Shown piece after piece: positions 7,513-17,339 of a DNA stretch of 64,000 nt. The stretch comes from Gemmatimonadaceae bacterium. GTDB taxonomy: Bacteria; Gemmatimonadota; Gemmatimonadetes; Gemmatimonadales; Gemmatimonadaceae. The notes below the pieces were generated by a model that saw nothing but the letters and a program-made list of their open reading frames with translations, had not been told where the DNA came from and did not search any database. Location of the stretch: contig DATJHY010000085.1 in assembly GCA_035493635.1 (NCBI GenBank), positions 16,348 to 80,347 of the forward strand. Direction: 5' to 3'. The stretch's first letter is position 1; every line of letters starts with the position of its first letter. A program made the translations under genes and the position numbers.

Positions 7513-9502
7513 GCGCATCGGGCTGGCTCACAGCATACTCGGCCTCTTCGCGGTCGCCTTGCTCGTGCAGGCGGCGCGCGTCCAGATATTTCAGGGAAGG
7601 CAGTGGCGCGCCCGCGCTGAACGGCAGCAAACGACCGACCGTGTGGTTCCCGCCGAGCGTGGCGAGATTCTCGACGCGACGCATCGCGTGCTCGCCCAGA
7701 GCAACTCGGTCGTTCGCCTCGAGATCGCCCCGCGCGAGGTGACCGACCCGCGAAAGCTCCGGCTCGCGCTGTCCAAGCTTCGCGTTGCACCGGCGCTCAT
7801 CAAACGCGCCCTCGACACGTCGGGCAAGTATCTCGTGCTCCCCGGCCGATTCCCGGCCGCTGATGCGGTCATGGCGACGTCGCTCCGCGGCGTACACTCG
7901 TTCGCGCTGATCGAGCGCTCGTATCAGGTCTCGGAGGGAGCGCAGGGCATCATCGGCCACCTCGACATCGACAACAAGCCGGTCGATGGCCTCGAGCTGT
8001 CGCTGGATTCGATCCTGCGCGGCGTCGCGGGCACGGCGACGATCGTCCGTGACTCCCGTGGCCGGGGGCGCGAATCTCCGATTGCGCCGGGAACTCCACC
8101 CGTCAAAGGGAACAGCATCGTTCTCACGATCAACGCCGACTTGCAGGAGATCGCCGAGAAGTCGCTCGCCGACGCGGTCGCGCGCCTCGGCGCCGAGGGC
8201 GGGGACATCGTCATCCTCGATCCACACACCGGCGAGATTCGCGCGATGGCCAGCCGCCGCCCGGATCCGCGACAGACGGCGGCGACCGTGATCACCGAGC
8301 CATTCGAGCCCGGATCCACGTTCAAGCCATTCATCGCCGCCGGATTGCTCGACCGTGGGAAGGTGTCGGACCGCGACTCCGTGGATACCGGCAACGGCGT
8401 ACTCGAGGTGAAGGGCCGCAAGAATCCCATTCGCGACGACCACCTCGTTGGACGCGCTCCACTGTCGGTGGTGCTTCGATGGTCGAGCAACATCGGCATC
8501 GTGAAGTTCGCCTCCCGACTGACGGCGCGGGAAGAATTCGAGACCCTGCGAGACTTTGGCTTCGGGATTCCCACGGGTCTGCCGTATCCCACGGAATCGG
8601 GCGGAACGTTGCGCGCGCCCGCGAGCTGGTCGAGCCAGTCCGGAATCTCGATGGCGATGGGGTACGAGGTTGCCGTGACGCCGCTGCAGCTCGCTACGGC
8701 GTACGCGGTGTTCGCGAACGGCGGCGAGCTCGTACAGCCCTCGTTGGTGAAGGAGGTCGTCAGCCCCGATGGCACAGTGCTGTACACGCACAAGCCGCGT
8801 GTCGTGCGGCGCGTCGTCTCCAAGCCGACGGCTGACAAGGTGCGACACATGCTGCTCGACGTCGTCGACGAGGGCACGGCGCTGCAGGCGGCGCTCGACA
8901 ACTACACCCTGGCTGGCAAGACTGGCACACCGCGCAGTACAGTGCGCGGACACTACGTAGCCGGCCGGTACAACCCGAACTTCGTGGGGATCTTCCCGGC
9001 CGACAATCCGCAGTACGTCGTCGTCGTGAAGATGACAGCGCCGCAAAGCTCGATCTACGCCGCGCAGACGGCCGCTCCGGTGACGAAGGCGATTCTCGAG
9101 GCGGCGGTCGCGGCCCAGAACGCCGCGCTCGATCGCGGGAAACTGGCTTCGAGTGTGGTGCCGTCGCGTCGCGATTCGGCCGCGCCGACGGCGGTCGCCC
9201 AGGCAGGCGAGGTAACGTCCGCCCCGGCCGCCGCGCCGAACGCGGACTCGGCCGATGACGGCGGGTCCGTGCCGTTCGTAGTTGCGCTTCCCGCGCCTCC
9301 CGAGCGAGCCGCGCCGCGCCTGCTCCGCACGGTACCCGATGTGCACGGGCTCGTGCTGCGCGATGCGGTGCGTTCGTTGCACAGCGCCGGTTTCCGTGTC
9401 CAGCTCACGCGAAGCTCCGCGCCCTTGTCGGCGACCACGGCTCCCGCCGCTGGCGAGCTGGCCCGAACAGGTACCTTGGTTCGACTGCTTTACGACTATT
9501 GA
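7499..9502 (+). CDS. ftsI: Peptidoglycan D,D-transpeptidase FtsI (class B PBP) with C-terminal PASTA-like domain
   Basis: It has an N-terminal TM helix and the transpeptidase motifs STFK (GSTFKPF), SSN (RWSSNIG) and KTG (GKTGTP). The C-terminal ~55 aa (VPDVHGLVLRDAVRSLHSAGFRVQL...GTLVRLLY) look like a PASTA domain. Confidence 0.9.
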   Translation: MIRSRRIGLAHSILGLFAVALLVQAARVQIFQGRQWRARAERQQTTDRVVPAERGEILDATHRVLAQSNSVVRLEIAPREVTDPRKLRLALSKLRVAPALIKRALDTSGKYLVLPGRFPAADAVMATSLRGVHSFALIERSYQVSEGAQGIIGHLDIDNKPVDGLELSLDSILRGVAGTATIVRDSRGRGRESPIAPGTPPVKGNSIVLTINADLQEIAEKSLADAVARLGAEGGDIVILDPHTGEIRAMASRRPDPRQTAATVITEPFEPGSTFKPFIAAGLLDRGKVSDRDSVDTGNGVLEVKGRKNPIRDDHLVGRAPLSVVLRWSSNIGIVKFASRLTAREEFETLRDFGFGIPTGLPYPTESGGTLRAPASWSSQSGISMAMGYEVAVTPLQLATAYAVFANGGELVQPSLVKEVVSPDGTVLYTHKPRVVRRVVSKPTADKVRHMLLDVVDEGTALQAALDNYTLAGKTGTPRSTVRGHYVAGRYNPNFVGIFPADNPQYVVVVKMTAPQSSIYAAQTAAPVTKAILEAAVAAQNAALDRGKLASSVVPSRRDSAAPTAVAQAGEVTSAPAAAPNADSADDGGSVPFVVALPAPPERAAPRLLRTVPDVHGLVLRDAVRSLHSAGFRVQLTRSSAPLSATTAPAAGELARTGTLVRLLYDY

Positions 9503-10984
9503 ATGCGTCACGACATCGATACGATCGCGCGCGCGCTCGACGAGGCAGGCCTCCTTGTCGCGCGGCGCGGATCGCTGCCGAAATCCATCACCGACATCAC
9601 TGACGACAGCCGCGCCGTGCGAGACGGCGCGCTCTTCGTCGCCGTCCGCGGCAGCGAGCGCGACGGGCACGACTACCTCAGCGGCGCGTCAGGGGCGGGC
9701 GCGGTGGCGGCGATCGTCCAGGATGCGTCGGCGACGATGCTGCCGGCGCTCGTCGTCAACGATGGCCGGCGCGCCGCCGCGACCGCGGCGGCGGCGTTCT
9801 TCGGATGGCCAGCGCGCGAACTGCAACTCGTTGGCGTTACCGGGACGAACGGCAAGACGACCACCGTGAACATGATCCGCCACTTACTCGACTCGAGCGA
9901 GGCGCGGAGCGCGTCGCTCGGCACACTCGGTGTGCTCGTCGGGAGCGAGGCGGAGACGTTGCCTGGAGGCGGTGGGCTCACGACTCCGGGCCCGGTGGAG
10001 TTACAACGCGTCTTTCGCGCATTGCGCGATCGCGGCGTGCGCTCGGTGGCGATGGAAGTGTCGTCGCACTCGCTCGATCAGCGCCGGGTGGAAGGCGTCC
10101 TGTTCGACGTGGCGGCGTTCACCAACCTGACGCGCGACCATCTGGACTACCATGGAACGATGGAGCGCTACTTCGCGGCGAAGGCGCGTCTGCTCGACCA
10201 CCTCACGCCGCACGGCACGGTGGTCTACAACCTCGACGACAAGTCGTGGCAGGCGCTCAAGACCGATCGCCGTCGAGTCGCGTTCAGCGAGCGAGTGAAC
10301 AGCGCCGAAGTCCACGCCAGCGACGTGCGATTCGGCGCGCGGGGAAGCGAGTGGACACTGTCGCTGGCCGGCGAAGCGGTTGAGGTGCGGTTGCCGCTCA
10401 TCGGCGACTTCAACGTCGCCAATGCGCTTGGCGCGGCGGCCTGCGCGTACGCGCTGGGACTGCCCGCGACGCGCATCGCCGATCGGCTGTCGTCCATGCC
10501 GCAGGTGCCGGGCAGGCTCGAGGTGCTGCGCGACGAGCCGACCGTACTGCGCGACTATGCCCACACGCCCGATGCCCTCGAGCGCGCGCTCGACGCGGTC
10601 CGCCCGTTCGCGCCCGAGCGCCTGATCGTGGTCTTCGGCTGCGGCGGCGATCGCGATCGCGGGAAGCGGCCGGTGATGGGCGCGATCGCCGAGCGCAATG
10701 CGGATGTCGCGATCGTCACGAGCGACAATCCCCGGACCGAAGATCCCGAGTCGATCATCGACGAGATCGTTGCCGGGATGTCCGGCACGAACCACGAACG
10801 CATCGAAGATCGCCGCGCGGCGATTTCGCGCGCGCTCGCCATGGCGTCGACGCGCGACGTGATCGTGCTCGCCGGCAAGGGACATGAGACGTATCAGGTG
10901 CGCGGTACGACGAAGTATCCGTTCGACGAGAGGGTCATTGTCGCCGAGGTCTCCAGCGAGAGCGAAGCACGGAGCGCGCGATGA
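9503..10984 (+). CDS. murE: UDP-N-acetylmuramoyl-L-alanyl-D-glutamate--2,6-diaminopimelate ligase
   Basis: Shows the Mur ligase P-loop VTGTNGKTTT and a DNPR motif (VTSDNPRTEDP) characteristic of meso-DAP-adding MurE. It is in the dcw position after ftsI. Confidence 0.92.
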   Translation: MRHDIDTIARALDEAGLLVARRGSLPKSITDITDDSRAVRDGALFVAVRGSERDGHDYLSGASGAGAVAAIVQDASATMLPALVVNDGRRAAATAAAAFFGWPARELQLVGVTGTNGKTTTVNMIRHLLDSSEARSASLGTLGVLVGSEAETLPGGGGLTTPGPVELQRVFRALRDRGVRSVAMEVSSHSLDQRRVEGVLFDVAAFTNLTRDHLDYHGTMERYFAAKARLLDHLTPHGTVVYNLDDKSWQALKTDRRRVAFSERVNSAEVHASDVRFGARGSEWTLSLAGEAVEVRLPLIGDFNVANALGAAACAYALGLPATRIADRLSSMPQVPGRLEVLRDEPTVLRDYAHTPDALERALDAVRPFAPERLIVVFGCGGDRDRGKRPVMGAIAERNADVAIVTSDNPRTEDPESIIDEIVAGMSGTNHERIEDRRAAISRALAMASTRDVIVLAGKGHETYQVRGTTKYPFDERVIVAEVSSESEARSAR

Positions 10985-12396
10985 GCACCGCCACGGTTTC
11001 GGTCGCGCGCACCAGGTTCTGGACGAGAGATCGTGTTGCCCAGGCGCTCGCCGCGCTCGCCCGCGAGAGTATCCCGGGCGGCAGCGCCGCATTCGGCCGC
11101 GTCTGGACGGACACGCGCACGATCGAACCAGGCGATCTCTTCGTCGCCTTGGCGGGCGAGCGGTTCGACGCGCACGACTTTCTCGCCCAGGCGGTCGCCA
11201 AAGGCGCGTCCGGACTCGTCGTCTCTAGGGCGGAGGCCGCACGCTCGCTCGGCGTCCCGACCTACGTGGTTCCGGACACACTTGTCGCACTCGGCGCTCT
11301 CGCCACGTATCGGCGGCGTGCCTGGAACAAGCCGGTGGTGGGAGTCGTGGGCACGAACGGCAAAACAAGCACGAAGGAGCTGCTCCGCGCCGCGCTGGCG
11401 AGTGTGCTCGACGTTCACGCGACCACCGGCAACTTGAACAACCTCGTCGGCGTTCCGCTTACGTTGCTCGCGCTGCGCGACGAGGCCGACGTGGCCGTCG
11501 TGGAGATGGGCACGAATCAGCCGGGCGAGGTGCCGCGTCTGCGCGCGATCGTCGAGCCGAACATCACGGTCGTCACGTCGGTTGCCGAAGAGCACCTGGA
11601 GGGACTGGGCGATCTGGCCGGCGTGCTTCGAGAGGAGTTGTCGGCCGCCGAAGGCGTGGCCGTCGCCGTTGTTCCGGCGTCGCAGCCGGAAGTCGTGGAC
11701 GCGGCGCGCACGCGCGCGCGGCGTGTGGTGGCTGCCGGCCTCGATGCGGGCGAAGTCCGAGCCGAGCAGTCGAAGGTCGATCCCGATGGTACAGGCCGGC
11801 TTCGTGTCGGCGATGTCGACATCCACGTTCCGCTGCGTGGCGTGCACAACCTGCGAAACGCAATGCTCGCGCTGGCGGTCGCGAGGGAGCTTGGTGTTTC
11901 GATGCAGGATGCGGCGCGTGGCATCGCCGCGATGACGCCGCCACCAATGCGTGCCAACGTCGACCAGATCGGCTCGGCGACGCTGATCAACGACGCGTAC
12001 AACTCCAACCCGGGTTCGGCGAGGGCGGCCGTCGAGCTGCTGTGCCATACGGGAACCGGACGCCAGCGCGTCGCGGTGCTCGCGACGATGCTCGAGCTCG
12101 GGCCGCAGACGCCGCGACTCCACGAGGAGGTGGCGCGGCACGCGCTGGACTGCGGCGTGGACGTGATCGGAGCAATCGGGGAGTTCGCGGCGGCGCTCGA
12201 ACGAATCGCTCCCGGCGACGCGCGCGTCATCGCGGCCGATGACGTCGACGTGCTGTGGCAGCGGCTTTCGTCGCGGCTTTCGCCGGACGCCGTTATTCTC
12301 CTCAAGGGTTCGCGTGGGATGCGCCTGGAGCGATTGGTGGCGCCAATTACCGAATGGGCGCGGCAGCGGGCCGGGATGGCGCCGACCGCAAGCTGA
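10981..12396 (+). CDS. murF: UDP-N-acetylmuramoyl-tripeptide--D-alanyl-D-alanine ligase
   Basis: Joined to murE by an ATGA overlap. It has the motif GVVGTNGKTSTKE and the ending ILLKGSRGMRLE typical of MurF. Confidence 0.9.
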   Translation: MSTATVSVARTRFWTRDRVAQALAALARESIPGGSAAFGRVWTDTRTIEPGDLFVALAGERFDAHDFLAQAVAKGASGLVVSRAEAARSLGVPTYVVPDTLVALGALATYRRRAWNKPVVGVVGTNGKTSTKELLRAALASVLDVHATTGNLNNLVGVPLTLLALRDEADVAVVEMGTNQPGEVPRLRAIVEPNITVVTSVAEEHLEGLGDLAGVLREELSAAEGVAVAVVPASQPEVVDAARTRARRVVAAGLDAGEVRAEQSKVDPDGTGRLRVGDVDIHVPLRGVHNLRNAMLALAVARELGVSMQDAARGIAAMTPPPMRANVDQIGSATLINDAYNSNPGSARAAVELLCHTGTGRQRVAVLATMLELGPQTPRLHEEVARHALDCGVDVIGAIGEFAAALERIAPGDARVIAADDVDVLWQRLSSRLSPDAVILLKGSRGMRLERLVAPITEWARQRAGMAPTAS

Positions 12397-12434
12397 ACTG
12401 ACCGACGACCGCAACTACCTCGACCCGTCACTTC

Positions 12435-13583
12435 GTGCTCTACCATTTCCTCCTGCCGTTCGCCAAAGAGTTCAAGGTCCTGAACGTTCTCACGTACATC
12501 TCGCTGCGAGCCGTCGGAGCGGCGGTCACGGCGCTGTTGCTGTCGTTCATCGTCGGGCCGATCATGTTGCGGGCGCTCAAGCGGCAATCGGTGCATCAGG
12601 TTGTGCGCGAAGGCACACCCGATTCGCACGCCGGCAAGGGAACGACGCCGACGATGGGCGGCTTGATCATTCTCAATAGCGCGCTGATCTCGATCGCTTT
12701 GTGGGGACGGTTCAGCCTCAGCCATCCGTATTTGTTCATCGCGATCTTCGTCACGTTGTGGATGGGCGTCATCGGACTGCTGGACGACTACCTCAAGCTT
12801 CAGCAGAAAAAGCGAGGCGAGAAGAACCGCGGGCTCGTCGAGCGGTACAAGCTGACGGGGCAGGTGCTGGCTGGTCTGGCGCTCGGCTGGTATCTGTGGC
12901 AACACCCGCTGGCGCCGAACCTGCCCGGCGCGTCGACTACGCTGCCGTTCTTCAAGTACTATCTGGTCCTGTTCATCCCCGGCTTTGCCTGGGTCTACGT
13001 GCTGTTCACGACCTTCATTCTCGCCGGGACCAGTAACGCGGTGAACATCACCGATGGGCTCGACGGTCTCGCCGCGGGATTGTCGGCCATCGCCTTCGGA
13101 ACGTTCGCGATCTTCTCGTACATCATCGGTCGCGTCGACTACAGTCGATACTTGCAGTTCCTATATATGCAGGACTCCGGCGAGCTCACGGTGTTCTGTC
13201 TGGCGATGGTCGGCGCGTTGATCGGATTCCTCTGGTTCAACACGCACCCCGCGCAGGTGTTCATGGGCGACACGGGGTCGCTCGCCCTGGGTGGCGGCCT
13301 GGGCGCCGTGGCGATCCTGCTCAAATCGGAGTTCGTGCTCGCATTCGTCGGCGCGGTGTTCGTCGCCGAGATGCTGTCGGTCATCTTCCAGCGCTACGTC
13401 TTCAAGTATCGACGTCGGCGGTACGGCCTGGAGTACGCGCAGACGCACCGCGTCTTCAGGCGAGCCCCGTTGCACCACCACTTCGAGGAGCTGGGCTGGC
13501 AGGAGACGCAGGTCGTGGTGCGCTTCTGGATCATCGGCATCCTGTGCGCGTTCTTCGCGCTCAGTACGCTCAAGCTGCGGTGA
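12435..13583 (+). CDS. mraY: Phospho-N-acetylmuramoyl-pentapeptide-transferase
   Basis: GTG start. It is a polytopic membrane protein with GTPTMGG, NAVNITDGLDGLA, MGDTGSLALGG and APLHHHFE motifs. Confidence 0.95.
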   Translation: MLYHFLLPFAKEFKVLNVLTYISLRAVGAAVTALLLSFIVGPIMLRALKRQSVHQVVREGTPDSHAGKGTTPTMGGLIILNSALISIALWGRFSLSHPYLFIAIFVTLWMGVIGLLDDYLKLQQKKRGEKNRGLVERYKLTGQVLAGLALGWYLWQHPLAPNLPGASTTLPFFKYYLVLFIPGFAWVYVLFTTFILAGTSNAVNITDGLDGLAAGLSAIAFGTFAIFSYIIGRVDYSRYLQFLYMQDSGELTVFCLAMVGALIGFLWFNTHPAQVFMGDTGSLALGGGLGAVAILLKSEFVLAFVGAVFVAEMLSVIFQRYVFKYRRRRYGLEYAQTHRVFRRAPLHHHFEELGWQETQVVVRFWIIGILCAFFALSTLKLR

Positions 13584-13587
13584 TGGC

Positions 13588-14985
13588 ATGACCACGACGC
13601 CGAGCCTCGCGCTCAAACCCGAGTGGACCATCGGCGAGATCGCCGTCGTGGGATTGGCGCGAAGCGGGCGCGCCGCCGCGCTGCTGCTGGCGCGCGCCGG
13701 CGCCCGCGTGTACGCGTCGGACTCGGCCCGCTCGCCCGAGCTCGAGGACACGGCGGTGGAGCTCGTGCGAGAGAAGGTCGACGTGGAGCTCGGCGCGCAC
13801 GACCTCGATCGCCTCTCTCGCTGCTGTCTCGTCGTCGCGAGTCCGGGCGTGCCTCCCGATGCGCCGCCGTTCCAGGCGGCGTGCGAAGCCGGGATCGATA
13901 TCGTGAGCGAGATCGAGATCGGCGTGCGATTCCTGCCCGATCTCAACTACATCGCCATCACCGGCACGAACGGCAAAACCACGACGACGTCCATCACCGG
14001 ACACCTGCTCAAGACGCTTGGACACCATGCCTCCGCGGCCGGCAACATCGGGATCCCGCTCACCGAGCTCGCGCTCTCGCGGACGCCTCCCGACTGGGCG
14101 GCGCTCGAGGTCTCGTCGTTCCAGCTGCACGATACGCCGAGCATCGCGCCGCGCGTGGGCGTGTTGACGAATCTGTCGGCGAACCATCTCGACCGATACG
14201 ACAGCGTCGAAGCGTATTACGCCGACAAGGCGCTCCTTTTCCGGAATGCGACGGCGGCGTCCAATTGGGTGACCAATGCCGACGACCCGGCCGTGCAGGC
14301 GATGACGGCCGCGGTTCCGGGCATGCAGGCGCGCTTTTCGGTCAAAGCAGCTAGCGACGCGTACTTGGATCGGACGCACGACATGTTGGTGGCCCTGGGG
14401 CATCCACTCGTCCGTCGCGATGAACTGACGCTCCTCGGCGACCACAACGTCGCCAACGCACTGGCGGCATCGCTCGCCGTGATGATGGCGGACCCCGCGC
14501 ACCGGACCCACCACGCGCTCAATCGCATCCGCGAGGGGCTGCGGACCTTCCGCGCCCTTGAGCATCGGATCGAGACCGTCGGCGAGTACGGCGGCGTCAC
14601 CTGGATCAACGACTCCAAGAGCACCAACGTCGCCTCGACCATCGTTGCCATGCGCGGGATGAGCCGGCCGACCGTGCTGCTGCTCGGCGGACGACACAAG
14701 GGGGAGCCGTACACGGAGCTGCGGGCGGAGCTCGCCCGGACGGGCCGCGCGGTCATCGCATACGGGGAATCGGCGCACCTCATCCAGCATGATCTCGACG
14801 GGGTCGTGCCCTTGTTCCGGCTCGGATCGTCGTTCGAGGACGTGGTCGCCAAAGCCCGCGAGCTGGCGCAGCCTGGCGACGTGGTGCTGCTGTCTCCCGC
14901 CTGTTCCAGCTACGACATGTTCGACAACTACGAGCACCGCGGCGCTGTCTTCAAACAGCTCGCGGACTCCGGCGCTTCGCGATGA
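13588..14985 (+). CDS. murD: UDP-N-acetylmuramoylalanine--D-glutamate ligase
   Basis: Starts at ATG 13588 in ORF 13291..14985. It has the Rossmann N-terminus IAVVGLARSGRAAA, the motif ITGTNGKTTTT, and the SPACSSYDMF ending. Confidence 0.92.
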   Translation: MTTTPSLALKPEWTIGEIAVVGLARSGRAAALLLARAGARVYASDSARSPELEDTAVELVREKVDVELGAHDLDRLSRCCLVVASPGVPPDAPPFQAACEAGIDIVSEIEIGVRFLPDLNYIAITGTNGKTTTTSITGHLLKTLGHHASAAGNIGIPLTELALSRTPPDWAALEVSSFQLHDTPSIAPRVGVLTNLSANHLDRYDSVEAYYADKALLFRNATAASNWVTNADDPAVQAMTAAVPGMQARFSVKAASDAYLDRTHDMLVALGHPLVRRDELTLLGDHNVANALAASLAVMMADPAHRTHHALNRIREGLRTFRALEHRIETVGEYGGVTWINDSKSTNVASTIVAMRGMSRPTVLLLGGRHKGEPYTELRAELARTGRAVIAYGESAHLIQHDLDGVVPLFRLGSSFEDVVAKARELAQPGDVVLLSPACSSYDMFDNYEHRGAVFKQLADSGASR

Positions 14986-14986
14986 T

Positions 14987-16192
14987 ATGGTGAGCGACAT
15001 CCAACCGATCACCCTCCGGAACTCGGTCGCCCAGCCCACGGACGTGCGGCTGCGCTGGCGCATGGGATCCGAGGCGCGGGGACTCGTATTGATCAGCGCC
15101 GTGCTCACCGCGTTCGGCCTGGCGGTGCTCTACAGCGCCAGTGCCTTCGTGGCGGTGACGGAACATGGATCCGGCGCGTACTTCCTGATCCGACAGCTCG
15201 GTGGCGTGGCGGTGGGAATCGTCGCATTCGCAGTCGCCGCCAAGTTCGATGCGGACAAGCTGCGCGAGCTGGCGTGGCCCATCATGTGGTTCACGATCGT
15301 CACGATGGTCGCCGTGCTCGTCCTGCCCAACCGGATCGCGCCCACAATCCACGGCTCACGGCGGTTCCTGTTTGGCGCTTCGTTTCAGCCGTCGGAGTTC
15401 GCCAAGCTCGCCGTCGTCGTGTGGGTCTCGATGCTCATCGTCAAGAAAGGCGAGAGCCTGAAGCGGTTCACCAAAGGCTTGGTGCCGTTCGTCGTCGTGA
15501 TCGGAGTGCTCAACGTGCTGGCCGCGCTCGAGCCCGATTTGTCCGTCGCGATGCTTTTCACGCTGCTGATGGCGCTGCTGCTCTTCGTCGGTGGCGCGCG
15601 CATGAGTCACTTCATCGTACTTGCCGCGATGTGTCTGCCCGTGACACTCACCAAGATCGAGAAGTGGCGGTATGCCTTCTCGCGGCTCACGGCGTTTCTC
15701 CACCCCGGCAACGCGCCGGAGGCCGTGAGCTTTCAGCTGCAGCAGTCATTGATTGCCGTCGGGTCCGGAGGCTGGGTCGGCCGTGGGTTTGGTGAAGGCA
15801 TGCAGCAGGCGTTCTTTGTGCCGTTTCCGTACAGTGATTTCGTGGCGAGCAACGTCGGCGAAGAATGGGGATTCGCCGGGCTCGCCGGCATCACGATTGC
15901 TTTCGCCATGTACGCGCTGTTCGGCTTTCGCATCGCGCGGCAGGCGCGCACACCGTTTCTGCAGCTCGTGGCGGTTGGACTGACCTTCACTACGGTATTG
16001 ACCGCGTTCCTCCACATCGGCGTCGTGATCGGCCTGCTTCCGACCACGGGGCTGACGCTGCCGTTCGTTTCATACGGCCGGTCGAACCTCGTGTTGACGA
16101 TGCTATTTACCGGGATTCTCGTGAACATCGGCAGTGCGAGGGAACGCGTCATCGGAAGCTCGGCCACCGACCCGCTCGCCGTCGCCGCCTGA
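14987..16192 (+). CDS. ftsW: Peptidoglycan glycosyltransferase FtsW (SEDS family)
   Basis: ATG 14987 lies 1 nt after the murD stop. It is a polytopic membrane protein with typical SEDS segments (FQPSEFAKLAVVVW, LPTTGLTLPFVSYGRSN). Confidence 0.9.
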   Translation: MVSDIQPITLRNSVAQPTDVRLRWRMGSEARGLVLISAVLTAFGLAVLYSASAFVAVTEHGSGAYFLIRQLGGVAVGIVAFAVAAKFDADKLRELAWPIMWFTIVTMVAVLVLPNRIAPTIHGSRRFLFGASFQPSEFAKLAVVVWVSMLIVKKGESLKRFTKGLVPFVVVIGVLNVLAALEPDLSVAMLFTLLMALLLFVGGARMSHFIVLAAMCLPVTLTKIEKWRYAFSRLTAFLHPGNAPEAVSFQLQQSLIAVGSGGWVGRGFGEGMQQAFFVPFPYSDFVASNVGEEWGFAGLAGITIAFAMYALFGFRIARQARTPFLQLVAVGLTFTTVLTAFLHIGVVIGLLPTTGLTLPFVSYGRSNLVLTMLFTGILVNIGSARERVIGSSATDPLAVAA

Positions 16193-16211
16193 CCGCCAAC
16201 CGCACGCCGCC

Positions 16212-17312
16212 ATGACCCGGGTTGTCTTTGCCGGCGGGGGTACGGGCGGACATCTCTATCCGGGCATCGCCATCGCGCGCGCCTTGGTGCGCGCGCAACC
16301 GTCGATCGAGCCGCTGTTCGTCGGGGCGCTCCGCGGCCTCGAGCGCGACGTGCTGCCCAAGACCGAGTTTCCCTATGTCCTGCTCGACCTGCATCCGCTT
16401 TATCGCCGCGCGGTCTGGAACAACTGGCGAACGATCTGGGGTGCGTTGGGCGCCTGGCGGCGGATTTCCCGCATGGTTCGCGAAGAGCGGCCGGCGCTGG
16501 TGGTGGGCACGGGAGGGTACGCGGCCGGCTTGATGCTCGCGTATGCGGTCGTCCACCACATTCCCATCGTGCAACAAGCGGGTGACAGCGTACCCGGGCT
16601 GACCGCCAAGTTCTTCAGCCGCTGGTCGCGCCACGTCTATCTGAATTTCCCGGAGGCGTCGCGCGTGCTGCATCCCGCTGATCCGCGTGCGCTCATCGAT
16701 ACCGGCGCGCCGATCGAGCCGCCGCCATCGCCGCGCCCCGATCGGGCCGCCGCGCGTGCGGCGTGGGGGTTTCCACCGTCTGGCGGGCGAGTCCTGCTCA
16801 TCTACGGTGGAAGCCAGGGCTCGCTGGCGATCAATCTCGTCGTGGCGGAGTGGATCGATCGCGGCCTGCCCGACAATCTCTACGTCATCTGGTCGACCGG
16901 CCGTGCGACGTATGAGCGGTTCAAGCACTGCGACGGCCCACGCGTGCGCGTGCGTGACTACATCTCGCCGATTGCACATGCCTACGCGGCCGCCGACCTC
17001 GCCGTGGCGCGCGCCGGCGCGATGACGACCGCTGAGCTGTTCTCCTGGGGCATCCCGGCGATGCTCGTCCCGCTGCCCACCGCCGCGGCCGATCATCAGA
17101 CGACGAACGCCGCCACGCTCGAGCAGGCAGGGGCCGCCATTCACATTCCACAATCCGAGTTCACCGTGGAGCGACTCGACGGCACGATCCGGCGCCTGCT
17201 CGATGATCCCGCGCGGCTCGACGCCCTCGCGCGCGGCGCTGCCGCGCGCGCGCGACCCGACGCGGCAAATGAGATCGCGCACCGTGTTCTCGACTTGCTC
17301 GACTCACGCTGA
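16212..17312 (+). CDS. murG: UDP-N-acetylglucosamine--N-acetylmuramyl-(pentapeptide) pyrophosphoryl-undecaprenol N-acetylglucosamine transferase
   Basis: Starts at ATG 16212 in ORF 16134..17312. It has VVFAGGGTGGHLYPGIAIA at the N-terminus and RAGAMTTAEL...PAMLVPLP...DHQTTNA in the C-terminal half. Confidence 0.92.
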   Translation: MTRVVFAGGGTGGHLYPGIAIARALVRAQPSIEPLFVGALRGLERDVLPKTEFPYVLLDLHPLYRRAVWNNWRTIWGALGAWRRISRMVREERPALVVGTGGYAAGLMLAYAVVHHIPIVQQAGDSVPGLTAKFFSRWSRHVYLNFPEASRVLHPADPRALIDTGAPIEPPPSPRPDRAAARAAWGFPPSGGRVLLIYGGSQGSLAINLVVAEWIDRGLPDNLYVIWSTGRATYERFKHCDGPRVRVRDYISPIAHAYAAADLAVARAGAMTTAELFSWGIPAMLVPLPTAAADHQTTNAATLEQAGAAIHIPQSEFTVERLDGTIRRLLDDPARLDALARGAAARARPDAANEIAHRVLDLLDSR

Positions 17313-17339
17313 GCCGGTTCCTATATTCCGGCTCCCAAC

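Noticed and set aside
7418-9670. A 750-aa ORF antisense to ftsI/murE. Similar long antisense ORFs occur at 10894..12414, 11517..12905, 13570..15108, 21083..22072, 30771..32033, 45598..47307, 47791..49329, 54057..55358 and 60680..62740.
   Set aside because: In GC-rich DNA the AT-rich stop codons are rare in all frames. These ORFs are Arg/Ala/Gly/Asp-rich low-complexity translations with no recognisable motifs. The opposite strand carries unmistakable conserved genes with full catalytic motifs.
17311-17334. A 7-bp hairpin (GAGCCGG/CCGGCTC) with the loop TTCCTATATT between murG and murC.
   Set aside because: The stem is short and there is no U tract. It could be a chance structure or a minor internal promoter (-10-like TATATT), and the evidence is insufficient to call it.
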